32,093 bases of DNA from Octopus bimaculoides. Taxonomy: Eukaryota. The notes under the pieces are model-generated. The model was not told the origin of the DNA. It did no database searches and was given only the letters and a program-made list of their open reading frames with translations. Below are positions 1 to 11,168 of this stretch, one piece after another (positions within the stretch are counted from its first letter, which is position 1; every line of letters begins with the position of its first letter). Both the position numbers and the translations under genes were made by a program. The stretch is from positions 18,365,278-18,397,370 of the forward strand of contig NC_069008.1 of assembly GCF_001194135.2 (NCBI RefSeq), read 5' to 3'.

Positions 1-143
1 AATAATAATAATAATAACAATAATAATGGGACCCCGAGGAGATGTAGTATCCGATATTTTATAATATTTTATAATATTTTATAATATTTTATAATATGTA
101 TGAATCATTCTGGATATTGCATCGAAATGTTCATAGGTCATTT

Positions 144-802
<659 letters not shown>

Positions 803-879
803 GCCAGCTGGAGATGGTGTCTCCTGGGGCTAAATTACAGCAGCATTAGTCTTAAACCAGGACTACTGCCATGTTATGT

Positions 880-970
880 TGGCAAATAATCTTTACTACA
901 CTTGTGGACATGCTTATGAAATCAGGAAACAACACAACAGCCATGACTTTTGGAAACATCTTTTCCTTGA
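880..970 (+). mobile_element. Short 3' remnant of a CR1-clade LINE
   Basis: Translates TCGHAYEIRKQHNSHDFWKHLF, homologous within this window to ...YKVRKQHSSHDFQKHFF at ~21600-21655; matches the CR1 'TRGH..K....R..FF' C-terminal motif. Confidence 0.65.
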
Positions 971-1039
971 TCAGAATTGCCAAAGCAACGTTAAGGCAAG
1001 ACAAACATCTCAAGTCATGTGTGTGTGTGTGTGTATGCA

Positions 1040-1790
1040 TGTAGGTACATGTGACGATTTGTATGTTTTGTTTTATGTATGTATTCTCATGCATATAGCT
1101 ACATATCCAGACAAGCTCATGTATATTTAAATGATAAACTTCTGGAAAGTTTTACAGATTTTTACAGTTCCAGTGATAGACTGGATCTGTAGTCTTTGAA
1201 TTAGCTTTCTCCTTTCTGGTTTTGAGAAGAATAATTTCTCAAGATTACTATTTAGGCCATGTGTTACATATCCCAGGGCCCCAATGTGAACTTGTAATCT
1301 GGATAGAGTACCTGCAGATTTCTCAATAGTTCAGCATAGGCGTTCTCTTTTTCACTGATCTCCAGCTTTATTTTAACATCCGCTGAGCGGCTAAATACCA
1401 CAACTGTGCACAGTTTCTCTTCTCCATCCCAAATCATTCTATCAGGTCTGTGGTGCTTACATTTTAGTGAGGTCTTCACTGGGATATTCCACCAGTATTG
1501 CTTTTTATTACGAATGGCTATGACTTCTACCATATTGTGGGTTCTTATTTCTTTATCCTTCCAACAGATCTCATTATAGAGTGTCCTAGCTACAACATTG
1601 TGTCTCATCGGTAGATAATACTGTGATGACATTTTCAGACAACTGCTTATGATGTGAGTTACCTCAGCAAAGTCTGCATCTGTTGTCACATTTTTATGTT
1701 TATGCACGCATCCGATGGGCTTCTTTCAGTCTCTGTAAGATTGTGCTGTAAACCATCGTTTTTAATGTCCCTTTACTCCACTGCTACCCC
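1040..1790 (-). mobile_element. Frameshifted 3' fragment of an R4/Dong-like non-LTR retrotransposon (CCHC knuckle + restriction-like endonuclease)
   Basis: Across frameshifts reads KCDNRCRLC..EVTHIISSC (zinc knuckle), RHNVVAR, HHRPD, EKENAYAELLRNL, then IGALGYV...LQIQSITGTVKICKTFQKFII* (stop 1127-1129): the domain order of RLE-type LINEs. Confidence 0.8.
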
Positions 1791-1839
1791 AATCACCATC
1801 TGCACCATCACATCTTCCACTACACACAAATAAACTTTA

Positions 1840-1882
1840 CATCAGACATGTATATATATTTATATATGTATATATAATATAT

Positions 1883-1919
<37 letters not shown>

Positions 1920-2009
1920 AACTTGTGTTTGTGTATGTCTATGTGTACATCTATATTTATGTGTAATTTTATATGTGTATATATGTGTGTGTGTATGTAT
2001 GTATGTGTA

Positions 2010-2041
<32 letters not shown>

Positions 2042-2116
2042 CACACACTCAAAGGTATAGATTTATACACAAACATGTGTATATAGTTTTGTATTTCTTT
2101 TATTATAAACTGTATA

Positions 2117-2171
<55 letters not shown>

Positions 2172-2230
2172 GTATACGGACACACACACACATATATGTA
2201 CATGTCTGTGTGTGTGTGTGTGTGTGTATC
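1840..2230. repeat. Compound (TA)n/(TG)n/(CA)n microsatellite tract
   Basis: Directly visible; source of the low-complexity ORFs at 1820-2379. Confidence 0.95.
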
Positions 2231-2429
2231 CACATGGGTGGTCTGCATAGATCTCTACAAACAAACTGGTGAGTGGTCTGACAAACTGAGTGTGGCGGAG
2301 ATGGGGGTGGTGGTGGGGGGGGCCTAGAGGGGGTGGTGGAATGGTATCCATTCACTAATCCCCCTACCCCTCCCATCACTGTTCACTACAAACAATCCTC
2401 TCATTTTGGGGCTGGAAGTGTGTAGGAGT

Positions 2430-2510
2430 AGTTCTTGTTTAGCCCCAGGTCAGACTGATCCAACAGAACTATAATCAAGGATGTGCCAGCCATGACCATC
2501 CCAGCTTTTA
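2430..2510 (+). repeat. Short interspersed repeat (~75 bp), with further copies at ~4300-4378 (-) and ~4645-4715 (+)
   Basis: Shared core TTGTTTAGCCCCAGGTCAG...CTATAATCAA.GATGT.CCAGCCA.GACCATC seen three times in two orientations. Confidence 0.75.
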
Positions 2511-2882
2511 TTTGCTCATAATGTATTACAGTAACTACGTTCTATTGTTGACTATTGTCTCCTTTTTTCTTGTTGTATATATATGTATATATATGTAGAT
2601 ATATAGAAAGAGAGAGAGAGAGAGGGGGGGAGGGAGACAGGAAATCTGACGATGGCTTAAATGGCCAAAACTTTGAAGTCAACTTTGAAGAATAATAAAT
2701 TTGTACAAAAGTACAGAGTTAGATTAATGTAAAATTGTTTTTAATTATAACTGAACTTAAAAAGGAACTGTAACATGTGTGTGTGTGTGTACGTGTGTAT
2801 ATACACAAAGTTATGTATATGCATGTATACATACACATGTATACATCCAGGTATGTATTTGTTTATACACTCACATTTATAT

Positions 2883-3310
2883 ACAGGTTGCAATGGATAA
2901 ATTGTCTCCATTTTATATTCTTAATTTCATGCATGCTCATTGTTTGTTTTTGATTTTGTCGGCTACACAGTATAGTAGGATCAGTTGGGCACTGTCTGTG
3001 AGAAAACAGCACCATGACGCAATTTACCCTGCCAGAAATTTGGAAATGACATGCTATACTGCTTGGCATTCACACCAGAAGGTCTAATACGAACATTTCA
3101 GAGTGTTTGGGTGTCAATCAGAGGACATGTACTGAGAGCGATAAAAATCAAACTTCCAGTCAACATCATGGTGTTTGGAGTGATCACTAGTGATGGTGAC
3201 GTTATGCCTCCATTCATCTTCCCACATGGCTTCAGACTCAACACAGTGGCCTACATCAAGTGCCTGGAGGTGGTAGTGCTGCCCTGGGTCAAGAGGGTGG
3301 CTGCTGTCAC
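2883..3310 (+). mobile_element. Internally deleted, 3'-truncated Tc1/mariner-superfamily (maT/DD37D-like) transposon
   Basis: TA|CAGGTTGCAATGG left end. N-terminus MTQFTLPEIWK*HAILLGIH...ISECLGVNQRT is joined at ~3127 to catalytic-region IKLPVNIMVFGVITSDGDVMPPFIFPHGFRLNTVAYIKCLEVVVLPWVKRVAA. In-frame stop; no right TIR seen. Confidence 0.8.
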
Positions 3311-3490
3311 ATCTGACAGCTTTTACAATGTTCACAGAATATTGAGCAATGCTGACATCATGACCAGTGAGTCATGTCGTCAGCATTTGGATACCCGCTG
3401 CCAATCACCATGATACAGGTAACTTCTTTCCAACATTCAGATGGCTTCCAGTAATCCTCCATGTCGGCTAATATTTTCTCAACTACAACT

Positions 3491-3900
3491 TTAATCCTTT
3501 TGCATTTAAACTGGCCATATTCAGCCGAAACAGTCCACCTGTTTTATGTTCAAATTGACCAGATTTGGTCTCTCATACCTACCCAACAATGTCGTTCTAA
3601 AAGTAAACAACCACAACATTGAAATCTGAAAGCTATGAGACAATGCATGGTTAATTGAAAACAGTGTGAATAAATAAGGATTACATTTGACAGGATAACC
3701 TGAATGCTGAAGGGTTGAACCAGCCACATCCAGCCGATATATTCTACCTATTTTAAGATCAAATTGGCCAGATCCAGCCTCTCACCCTTATCCTACAATG
3801 TCATTTTAAAAATAAAGTTATGAAATGATCCATGATTAAGTGAAAACAATGTGGATAAATAAGAATTAGATTTGACAGGATAATCTGAATGCTAAAGGGT
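3491..3900. mobile_element. Two tandem copies of a ~230-bp MITE with TTAA/CCC-type (piggyBac-like) ends
   Basis: Copy 1: TTAATCCTTTTGCATT...AATGCTGAAGGGTTGA (3491-3718, inverted termini). Copy 2 (3721-3900) repeats the internal sequence and ends AATGCTAAAGGGT. Confidence 0.75.
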
Positions 3901-4757
3901 CCCTCTTTATGCTCTCCAACGCTGTTGACTGTTCAAGCTGTTCCTGACAAAAAGGAGACAATAAAAATCATCAAATTTATCCCAGACGCCCTGAACATGT
4001 ATAATGTATCAGCAGCTTTTCTTTTATTCTGAGACTGTCTAATGTGGTTTGAGGGAGATTTATTTAACTAGGATGTCTAACATGCCAAGGAACTGTGTAG
4101 AGGTTCCCTCATTAACAAGGAGGTGGGGTTCTGTGTGTGGAGGGGGGAATAAGGACAGGGATAGTGGTGGTGGTGGTGGTGGGGAATATTTCATGAAACA
4201 ACAGGAAGTGATGTTGTTGTAGGTGCAGAAACAACAACATCAAAAACAAGGAAGGTCACATTAGATAATGTAATCCTAGATAGACAATGTCTGAATGAAA
4301 GCTGAGCTGGCCCTGGCTGAAACATGTTCAATCACAGGTCTGTTGGATCAGAGCTGACCCGGGGCTAAACAACAACAAAGAAGGACACATTAGATAATGT
4401 ACTCCTAGATATACATTAACAGTCCCTCCCCTCCTTATGACAATTTTTCAGTAGTAAACCTATAGCAGTGGCGGGGGGGGGTAGTCTTGTGTAAACAGGA
4501 AGTATTTAAGCACTTAACATTCCAGCAGATTCTTTCAACTGTTGTTGTTGTTGTTGTTGTGGTGATGGTGGTGGAGATAGTAGTAGTAGTAGCGTTGTTA
4601 TGTAGTATGATAGCCTAGTTGTGTTGCTGTTGGGTATGGGGGATGTTGTTGTTTGACCCCCCCCCAGGTCAGACCTATAATCAAAGATGTTCCAGCCACG
4701 ACCATCACATCTGTTCCCAGAATCCTGTTAGGAATTATGTATTATTTTAAGATAATA

Positions 4758-5038
4758 GATGTGATTTGAGGGAGATTTGGCTGCTATTTCTACCGGGTCT
4801 AGCTACGATGTAGAGACTTCCCTCATTAGCTCATACTTACATATATACATAGATAAGAGAGTAGGTTGTGATTTGAGAGAGATTTGGCTACTATTTCTAC
4901 CAGCTCTAACTACCATGTAGAGGTGGCCTTCATTGGCCCATACATATATAAATACATAAGACAGTAAGGTGTGATTTGAGGGAGATTTGGCTGCTATTTC
5001 TACCATACTTAGCTACCATGTAGGTATCTCCCTCATCG
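4758..5038 (+). repeat. Tandem trimer of a ~105-bp unit containing a common short repeat (GTGATTTGAGGGAGATTTGGCTGCTATTTCT)
   Basis: Motif starts at 4761, 4868 and 4971 (spacing 107, 103); related copies at ~4047, ~10970 and ~11082. Confidence 0.85.
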
Positions 5039-5206
5039 GATCAGTCGTATATTTGCTATGTAAATATCAATGTGTGAATTTGTGACATTCATACTTCACC
5101 TGTCCCACTATTTACCCCTCACCCTTCTTCTCCCCCCTAGAATTGTGTCCCCCCCACTTAACATTAAACTAACCCCTTACTGTTTCCTCCTTTTTCTTTT
5201 TTCCAG

Positions 5207-5310
5207 CTCACTTCAAGACAGTCATCAAACGGGCCAATCTGGAACCTGTGAAGAAATACGAGTATCCACAGACCGAGTCTCAAGAAATTGGTTGGATAAC
5301 TCAGCCTTTG
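5207..5310 (+). CDS. CFAP144: CFAP144/FAM183 (ciliary microtubule inner protein), penultimate coding exon
   Basis: CTAAC branch site, polypyrimidine tract and CAG acceptor; phase 1 start; reads HFKTVIKRANLEPVKKYEYPQTESQEIGWITQPL, matching the FAM183 motif (human FAM183A [23 protein letters not shown]); GTAACA donor at 5311. Confidence 0.88.
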
Positions 5311-5669
5311 GTAACACACACTTGTTGGGGGTCATCCCTGTGGGGGATTTTGAGGGGTCACAGGGGAACCGAGTCAGTCAGAGTGGAGTGCAGCTCTATA
5401 AGATGTTGATCATGAGATGCAAGAAAGGATGTTAAAGGGGTACAGCTGCCATAGAGTCCTCTTGAGGTTGAGTGAAGCGAATGCTAAGGGGACAGCCGTA
5501 GGGACCTCTGCAAAAGGTTGCCACAGGTTGAGATGTTAAGGTATTAATTAAAAGTGGATAGATGGAAGGATTTGTACTTAGGTTGTCTCAGTGGATTAGA
5601 CAAAGAGACCAAAACAACAGAGGAAACTCTTGAGGTTGATTGTGGACCTGTTATATTGAGGTACAAAGT

Positions 5670-8600
5670 GTTAATGACAAACAATCATAAGGATTTCCCT
5701 GAGACACCATATTAAAACCCCATTAACTCACTATGACCTTACTGATTCATTAAGATGTCTCTTACGATGCCATTAAGTCACTATGACCTCAAAATTGCTT
5801 CAAGACATTTCTTACAACATCATTAACTCACTATGACCTCACAATCTCTTTAAGATGTCTCCTGCAATGTCATTAACTCACCTTCACCACACAATCTTCT
5901 TATGACATCATTAACTCACTATGACCGAAGAATCACTTTAAGACATCTCTTACGATGTCATTAACTCACTAAGACATCACAATCGCTTTAAAACATCTCT
6001 TACAATGTCATTAACTCACCATAATTTCACAACCTCTTTAAGACATCTCATAGACATCACCTCACTATGACCTTACAATCACATTAAGACGTCTCTTATA
6101 ACTTCATTAACTCACTATGACCTCACAGTCACATTAGGACATTTCTTATGAGGTAATTAAGTCACTATGACCTCACAATCCCTTTAAGACGTTTCGTACC
6201 TTATTAACTCACGTTGACATTTCTTACAACATCATTAACTCACTACAACCTCACAGTTTCTTTAAAATGTGTCTTACAACGTTGTTAACTAATTATCACC
6301 ACACAATCACTTTAAGACGTATCTTAGGACGTCATTAACACACTATGACCAAAAATGTCACTTTGAGGCATCTCTTACGACGTCAGTTACTCACTATGAC
6401 CTCAAGATAAATTTAAAACGTGTTTTACGACGTTATTACCTCATTTTAATATCAAAATCACTTTAGATATCTATTACAATGTCATTAACTCACTGTGATA
6501 TCACAATCATTTTAAGACCTCTCTTACGCCGTAGTTAACTCACTATGACGAAACAATCTCTTTGTAGACGTCATTTACTCAGCATGATTTCGCAATCGCC
6601 TTATGATATCTCTTATGTCGTTATTAACTCATCATGACTTCACGATACCTTTAAGATGTCTTTAACGACGTCATTCACTCACTAGGACATCACAATTACA
6701 TTAAAATGTCTCTTACGACACCATTAACTCACTATGACCTCACAATCTTTTTGAAATGTTTATTATGACGTCGTTCACTCACTATGATCTCAAAATCACT
6801 TTAAACGTCTTTTGTGACGTCATTAACTCACAATGGCCTTACAATCACGAGGTAATTAAGTCACTATGACCTCAAAATCCCTTTAAGATGTTTCTTATGA
6901 CATCATTAACTCAATTAAACATTACAGTGTCTTTAAGACATCTCTTATCACACCACTATCACCTCACAGTCTCTTTAATATGTCTCTTACGACGTTGCTA
7001 ACTCATCATGACATCACAATTTATTTAAGATGTCTCTTACGACCTTATTAATTCACTACGAGGAAACAATCTCTTTAAGACGTGTCTAACGACGCCATTA
7101 ACTGACTATGACAAAACAATCATTTTAATATGTTCTTAGAACATCATTAACTCATCATGACCAATCAATTTCTTTGAGACGTTTCTTACGACGTCGTTTA
7201 CTCACTATGATCTCAAGATCACTTCAAACTTTTATGACGTCATTAATTCACTATAGCCTCACAATCACTTTGAGACATTTCTTACAACGTAATTAAGTCA
7301 CTATGACTTTAACAATCCGTTTAAGACGTTTCTTATAGCACCATTAACTCACTTTGATATCACAGTATCTTTAACACATTTCTTATGACGCCACTCTCTA
7401 TCACTTCACACTCTCTTTAACATGTCCCTTACGACGTTGGTAACTCATCATAACCTCACAATTTCTTTAAGACGTCTCTTACGACCTCATCAACTCACTA
7501 TGACGAAACAATCTCTTTAAGACGTGTCTAACGATGTCATTGACTCGCTATGACAAAACAATCATTTTAATATGTCTCTTAGAACGTCATTAACTCATCA
7601 TGACGAAACAATTTCTTTGAGACGTTACTTACGACGTCGTTTAATCACCATGATCTCAAGATCACTTCAAAATTTTATGATTTTATGACGTCATTAATTC
7701 ACTATAGCCTCACAATCATTTTAAGACATTTCTTGACACGTAATTAAGTCACTATGACCTCACAATCCGTTTAAGACGTTTCTTATGACATCACAGTGTT
7801 TTTAAGACATTTCTTATAACGCCACGCTCTATCACCTCACAGTCTCATTAACATGTCTCTTACGGCGTTGGTAACTCACCATGACATCACAATTTCTTTA
7901 AGACATCTCTTACGACCTCATTTATTCACTATGACGAAACAATCTTTTAAGACGTGACTAACGACGTCATTGACTCACTATGACAGAACAATCATTTTAA
8001 TATGTCTCTTAGAACGTCATTAACTCATCATGACCAAACAATTTCTTTGAGACGTTTCTTACGACGTCGTTTACTCAGTATGATCTCAAAATTACTACAA
8101 AATTTTATGATTTTATGACGTCATTAATTCACTATAGCCTCACAATTACTTTATGACAGTTCTTACGACGTAATTAAGTCACTATGACCTCACAATCCGT
8201 TTAAGACGTTTCTTATGACATCACAGTGTCTTTAAGACATTTCTTATGACGCCACTCTCTACCACTTCACAGTGTCTTTAAGGCATTTCTTATGACGCCA
8301 CGCTCAATCACCTCACAGTCTCATTAACATGTCTCTTACGACGTTGGTAACTCACCATGACATCACAATTTCTTTAAGACGTCTCTTACGACCTCATTAA
8401 TTCACTATGATGAAACAATCTTTTTAAGACGTGACTAACGACGTCATTGACTCACTATGACAGAACAATCATTTTAATATGTCTCTTAGAACGTCATTAA
8501 CTCATCATGACCAAACAATTTCTTTGAGACGTTTCTTACGACGTCGTTTACTCACTATGATCTCAAAATCACTTCAAAATTTCTTTAAGACGTCTCTTAC

Positions 8601-9460
8601 GACGTCGTTTACTCACTCTGATCGCAAATTCACTTCAAAATTTTATGATTTTATGACGTCGTTAATTCACCATAGTCTCACAATCACTTTAAGACATTTC
8701 TTAAGAGGTAAGTAAGTCATTATGACCTCACAATCCGTTTAGGACGTTTCTTATGACACCGTCAACTCACTTTGACCTCACAGTATCTTTAAGACATTTC
8801 TTATGACGCCACTCTCTGTCACCTCGCAATCTCTTTAACATGTCTCATTAACTCACTGTTACGAAACAATCTATTTAAGACATCACTAACGACGTTATTT
8901 ACTCACCATGGCGTCACAATCTCTTTGAGACGTCTCTTAGAAATTCGTTAATTCACTACGACCAAAGCATCACTTTACGACGTTTCTTACGGCGTCATTT
9001 ATTCACTATGATCTCGAAATCAATTTTTAAAACTTCGTTAATGACATCATTAACTCACTAGAACATCACAATCACATTAAGACGTCTGTTGCGATGTCAT
9101 TAACTCACTGTGACCTCATAATCGTTTTAAGACACCTCTTACATCATCTTTAACTGACCATGACCTCACAGTCTCTTTTAAGACTTCTCTTACAACGTCA
9201 TTAACTCACTATGACCTCGGAATCACTTTAAATATGTCTTGTGACATCATTAAATCATCATCGATAGGCCCTCACAATCCCTTTAAGACGTTTCTTACAG
9301 CATCATTAACTCACTTTGACATCACAATCTCTTTAAGACGTCTCTCTTTACTCACCATGATCTCACATCCTTAATACGTCTTTTATGATGTTCTTAGCTA
9401 ACTAGGACATCATGATCACGTTACGTCTCTCATGACGTTAACTTACTATGATCTTTGTAA
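5670..9460. repeat. Intronic satellite, 50-bp monomer (consensus TAAGACGTCTCTTACGACGTCATTAACTCACTATGACCTCACAATCACTT), with ~430-480-bp higher-order repeats
   Basis: TTAA(C/G)TCA recurs at ~50-bp steps (e.g. 5723, 5772, 5823, 5873). Diagnostic variant TCATTAACTCATCATGAC recurs at 7144, 7587, 8017, 8494. Confidence 0.95.
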
Positions 9461-9788
9461 CTCACAGAACACATGTGGACCACTCATTCTCTCCAGTAGT
9501 TTAATCTCACTCCCTAGCTGGGGCAACGTCTGCTGGTTCCAATTTATTCTCCAGCTTCTAAGACTAAAATTTCTGAAATGTCAATATTCTGTTTTCTTTC
9601 ATTTCTTTGGAAAATTGGAAAAAAATTTGTTTCAGAAATAAGGAACAGTTCTTCCATTTCTTGCATCTAATCATTTTCTTATTTACAATATCATTACTGT
9701 GAACAGCACCAAAAAAGCTTTTATTCGTGTGTGTGTGTGTGTGTGTGTGTGAGTTTTTCTCTGATGCAGGCTGTTTTTTCCTTTGCAG

Positions 9789-9896
9789 GTGGACCTTGAC
9801 CGCAATGACCGCCGACTTCAATTCCCCCGTGTCCGGACTGGCATCACAGACTACATGGAGGCAGTTTGGTTAATGAAAGAACAGGCACAGCAATGA
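9789..9896 (+). CDS. CFAP144: CFAP144/FAM183 terminal coding exon
   Basis: TTTTTTCCTTTGCAG acceptor; phase 0, compatible with the 5310 donor; reads VDLDRNDRRLQFPRVRTGITDYMEAVWLMKEQAQQ* (cf. FAM183A [23 protein letters not shown]); TGA followed by TAA. Confidence 0.88.
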   Translation: MDLDRNDRRLQFPRVRTGITDYMEAVWLMKEQAQQ

Positions 9897-9898
9897 TA

Positions 9899-10086
9899 AA
9901 TAAATAAATCAAATGAAAGCCAGGGGCTGTATCACTCCACAGCCCCACACTTAACTCTGCCAGAACTTCTCTTCCAAAAGATGGGCACAAAAGAGGATGG
10001 ATTTCTTAATGAAAAACAAATCTTTTGTCTAATGACAATGGTGATTGTAGGGCCTTCATGCTGGCCTTGCTGTTTTAATTAATAAA
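9899..10086 (+). promoter_or_regulatory. Candidate polyadenylation signals of CFAP144
   Basis: AATAAA at 9899 and 9903, directly after the stop, and again at 10081. Confidence 0.5.
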
Positions 10087-10896
10087 TCTCAATTATCAAC
10101 TAAGAAATGGTGTTCAGTTTCATATTTTAGATACAGTTATGTGCATAAGAAGTTGATATATATATATATATATATATATATNNNNNNNNNNTATATATAT
10201 ATATATATATATATATATTCTTAGCTAGAATAGCGGCAAAATGAATTTCTTCACTCTTGCTCTGCTAAAATATTTGAGAAAAACTATATTAATGTGTCCA
10301 ACTTATTAAAATTCTATTTATTTATTTGTGCAGCTGAAGATGGTCTCTGAATCTAAATTGATGTAATGATTGCATTGTTCAATTAAATGGAGCCTCTTGA
10401 AACAGTCGTACTGCATTACTACTTGATACTCTCTGGCTTATTTTNNNNNNNNNNNNNNNNNNNNNNNNNNNNNNNNNNNNNNNNNNNNNNNNNNNNNNNN
10501 NNNNNNNNNNNNNNNNNNNNNNNNNNNNNNNNNNNNNNNNNNNNNNNNNNNNNNNNNNNNNNNNNNNNNNNNNNNNNNNNNNNNNNNNNNNNNNNNNNNN
10601 NNNNNNNNNNNNNNNNNNNNNNNNNNNNNNNNNNNNNNNNNNNNNNNNNNNNNNNNNNNNNNNNNNNNNNNNNNNNNNNNNNNNNNNNNNNNNNNNNNNN
10701 NNNNNNNNNNNNNNNNNNNNNNNNNNNNNNNNNNNNNNNNNNNNNNNNNNNNNNNNNNNNNNNNNNNNNNNNNNNNNNNNNNNNNNNNNNNNNNNNNNNN
10801 NNNNNNNNNNNNNNNNNNNNNNNNNNNNNNNNNNNNNNNNNNNNNNNNNNNNNNNNNNNNNNNNNNNNNNNNNNNNNNNNNNNNNNNNNNNNNNNN

Positions 10897-10930
<34 letters not shown>

Positions 10931-10967
10931 GATGGTGATATGAGAATGTGTGTGTTTGTGTGTAATT

Positions 10968-11168
10968 CGAAGGAGATTTAGCTGCTATTTTAAGCAGAAT
11001 CTCAATAAATTTAGAGTTAAAGGGAGATAATACTAATAATTGCTTGAATGGGTTACCTCCCTTGGACAAGAATAAATTGTCGATTTAGCTGCTATTTTAA
11101 GCAGAATTTCAATAGATTTAGAGATAATTCTAATAGTTGCTTGACTGGGTCACGTCCCTTTGACAAAG
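10968..11168 (+). repeat. ~107-bp tandem duplication at the left border of the GC-rich satellite
   Basis: GATTTAGCTGCTATTTTAAGCAGAAT...TTGCTTGA.TGGGT.AC.TCCCTT at 10975 and 11082. Confidence 0.85.

Noticed and set aside
2304-2340. G-rich tract as a functional G-quadruplex
   Set aside because: Looks like a decayed (GGT)n microsatellite common throughout the window; nothing points to function.
3338-3418. Apparent exon (CACAG...CAG|GTAACT) as an upstream CFAP144 exon
   Set aside because: Stops in all three frames and no FAM183 similarity.
5070-5435. 121-aa ORF in the track
   Set aside because: Wrong frame; the real coding sequence is the spliced CFAP144 exon 5207-5310.
5670-9460. CRISPR array or coding ORF (8479-8715) in the 50-bp repeat
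   Set aside because: Continuous tandem satellite inside a spliceosomal intron; the ORF is incidental.
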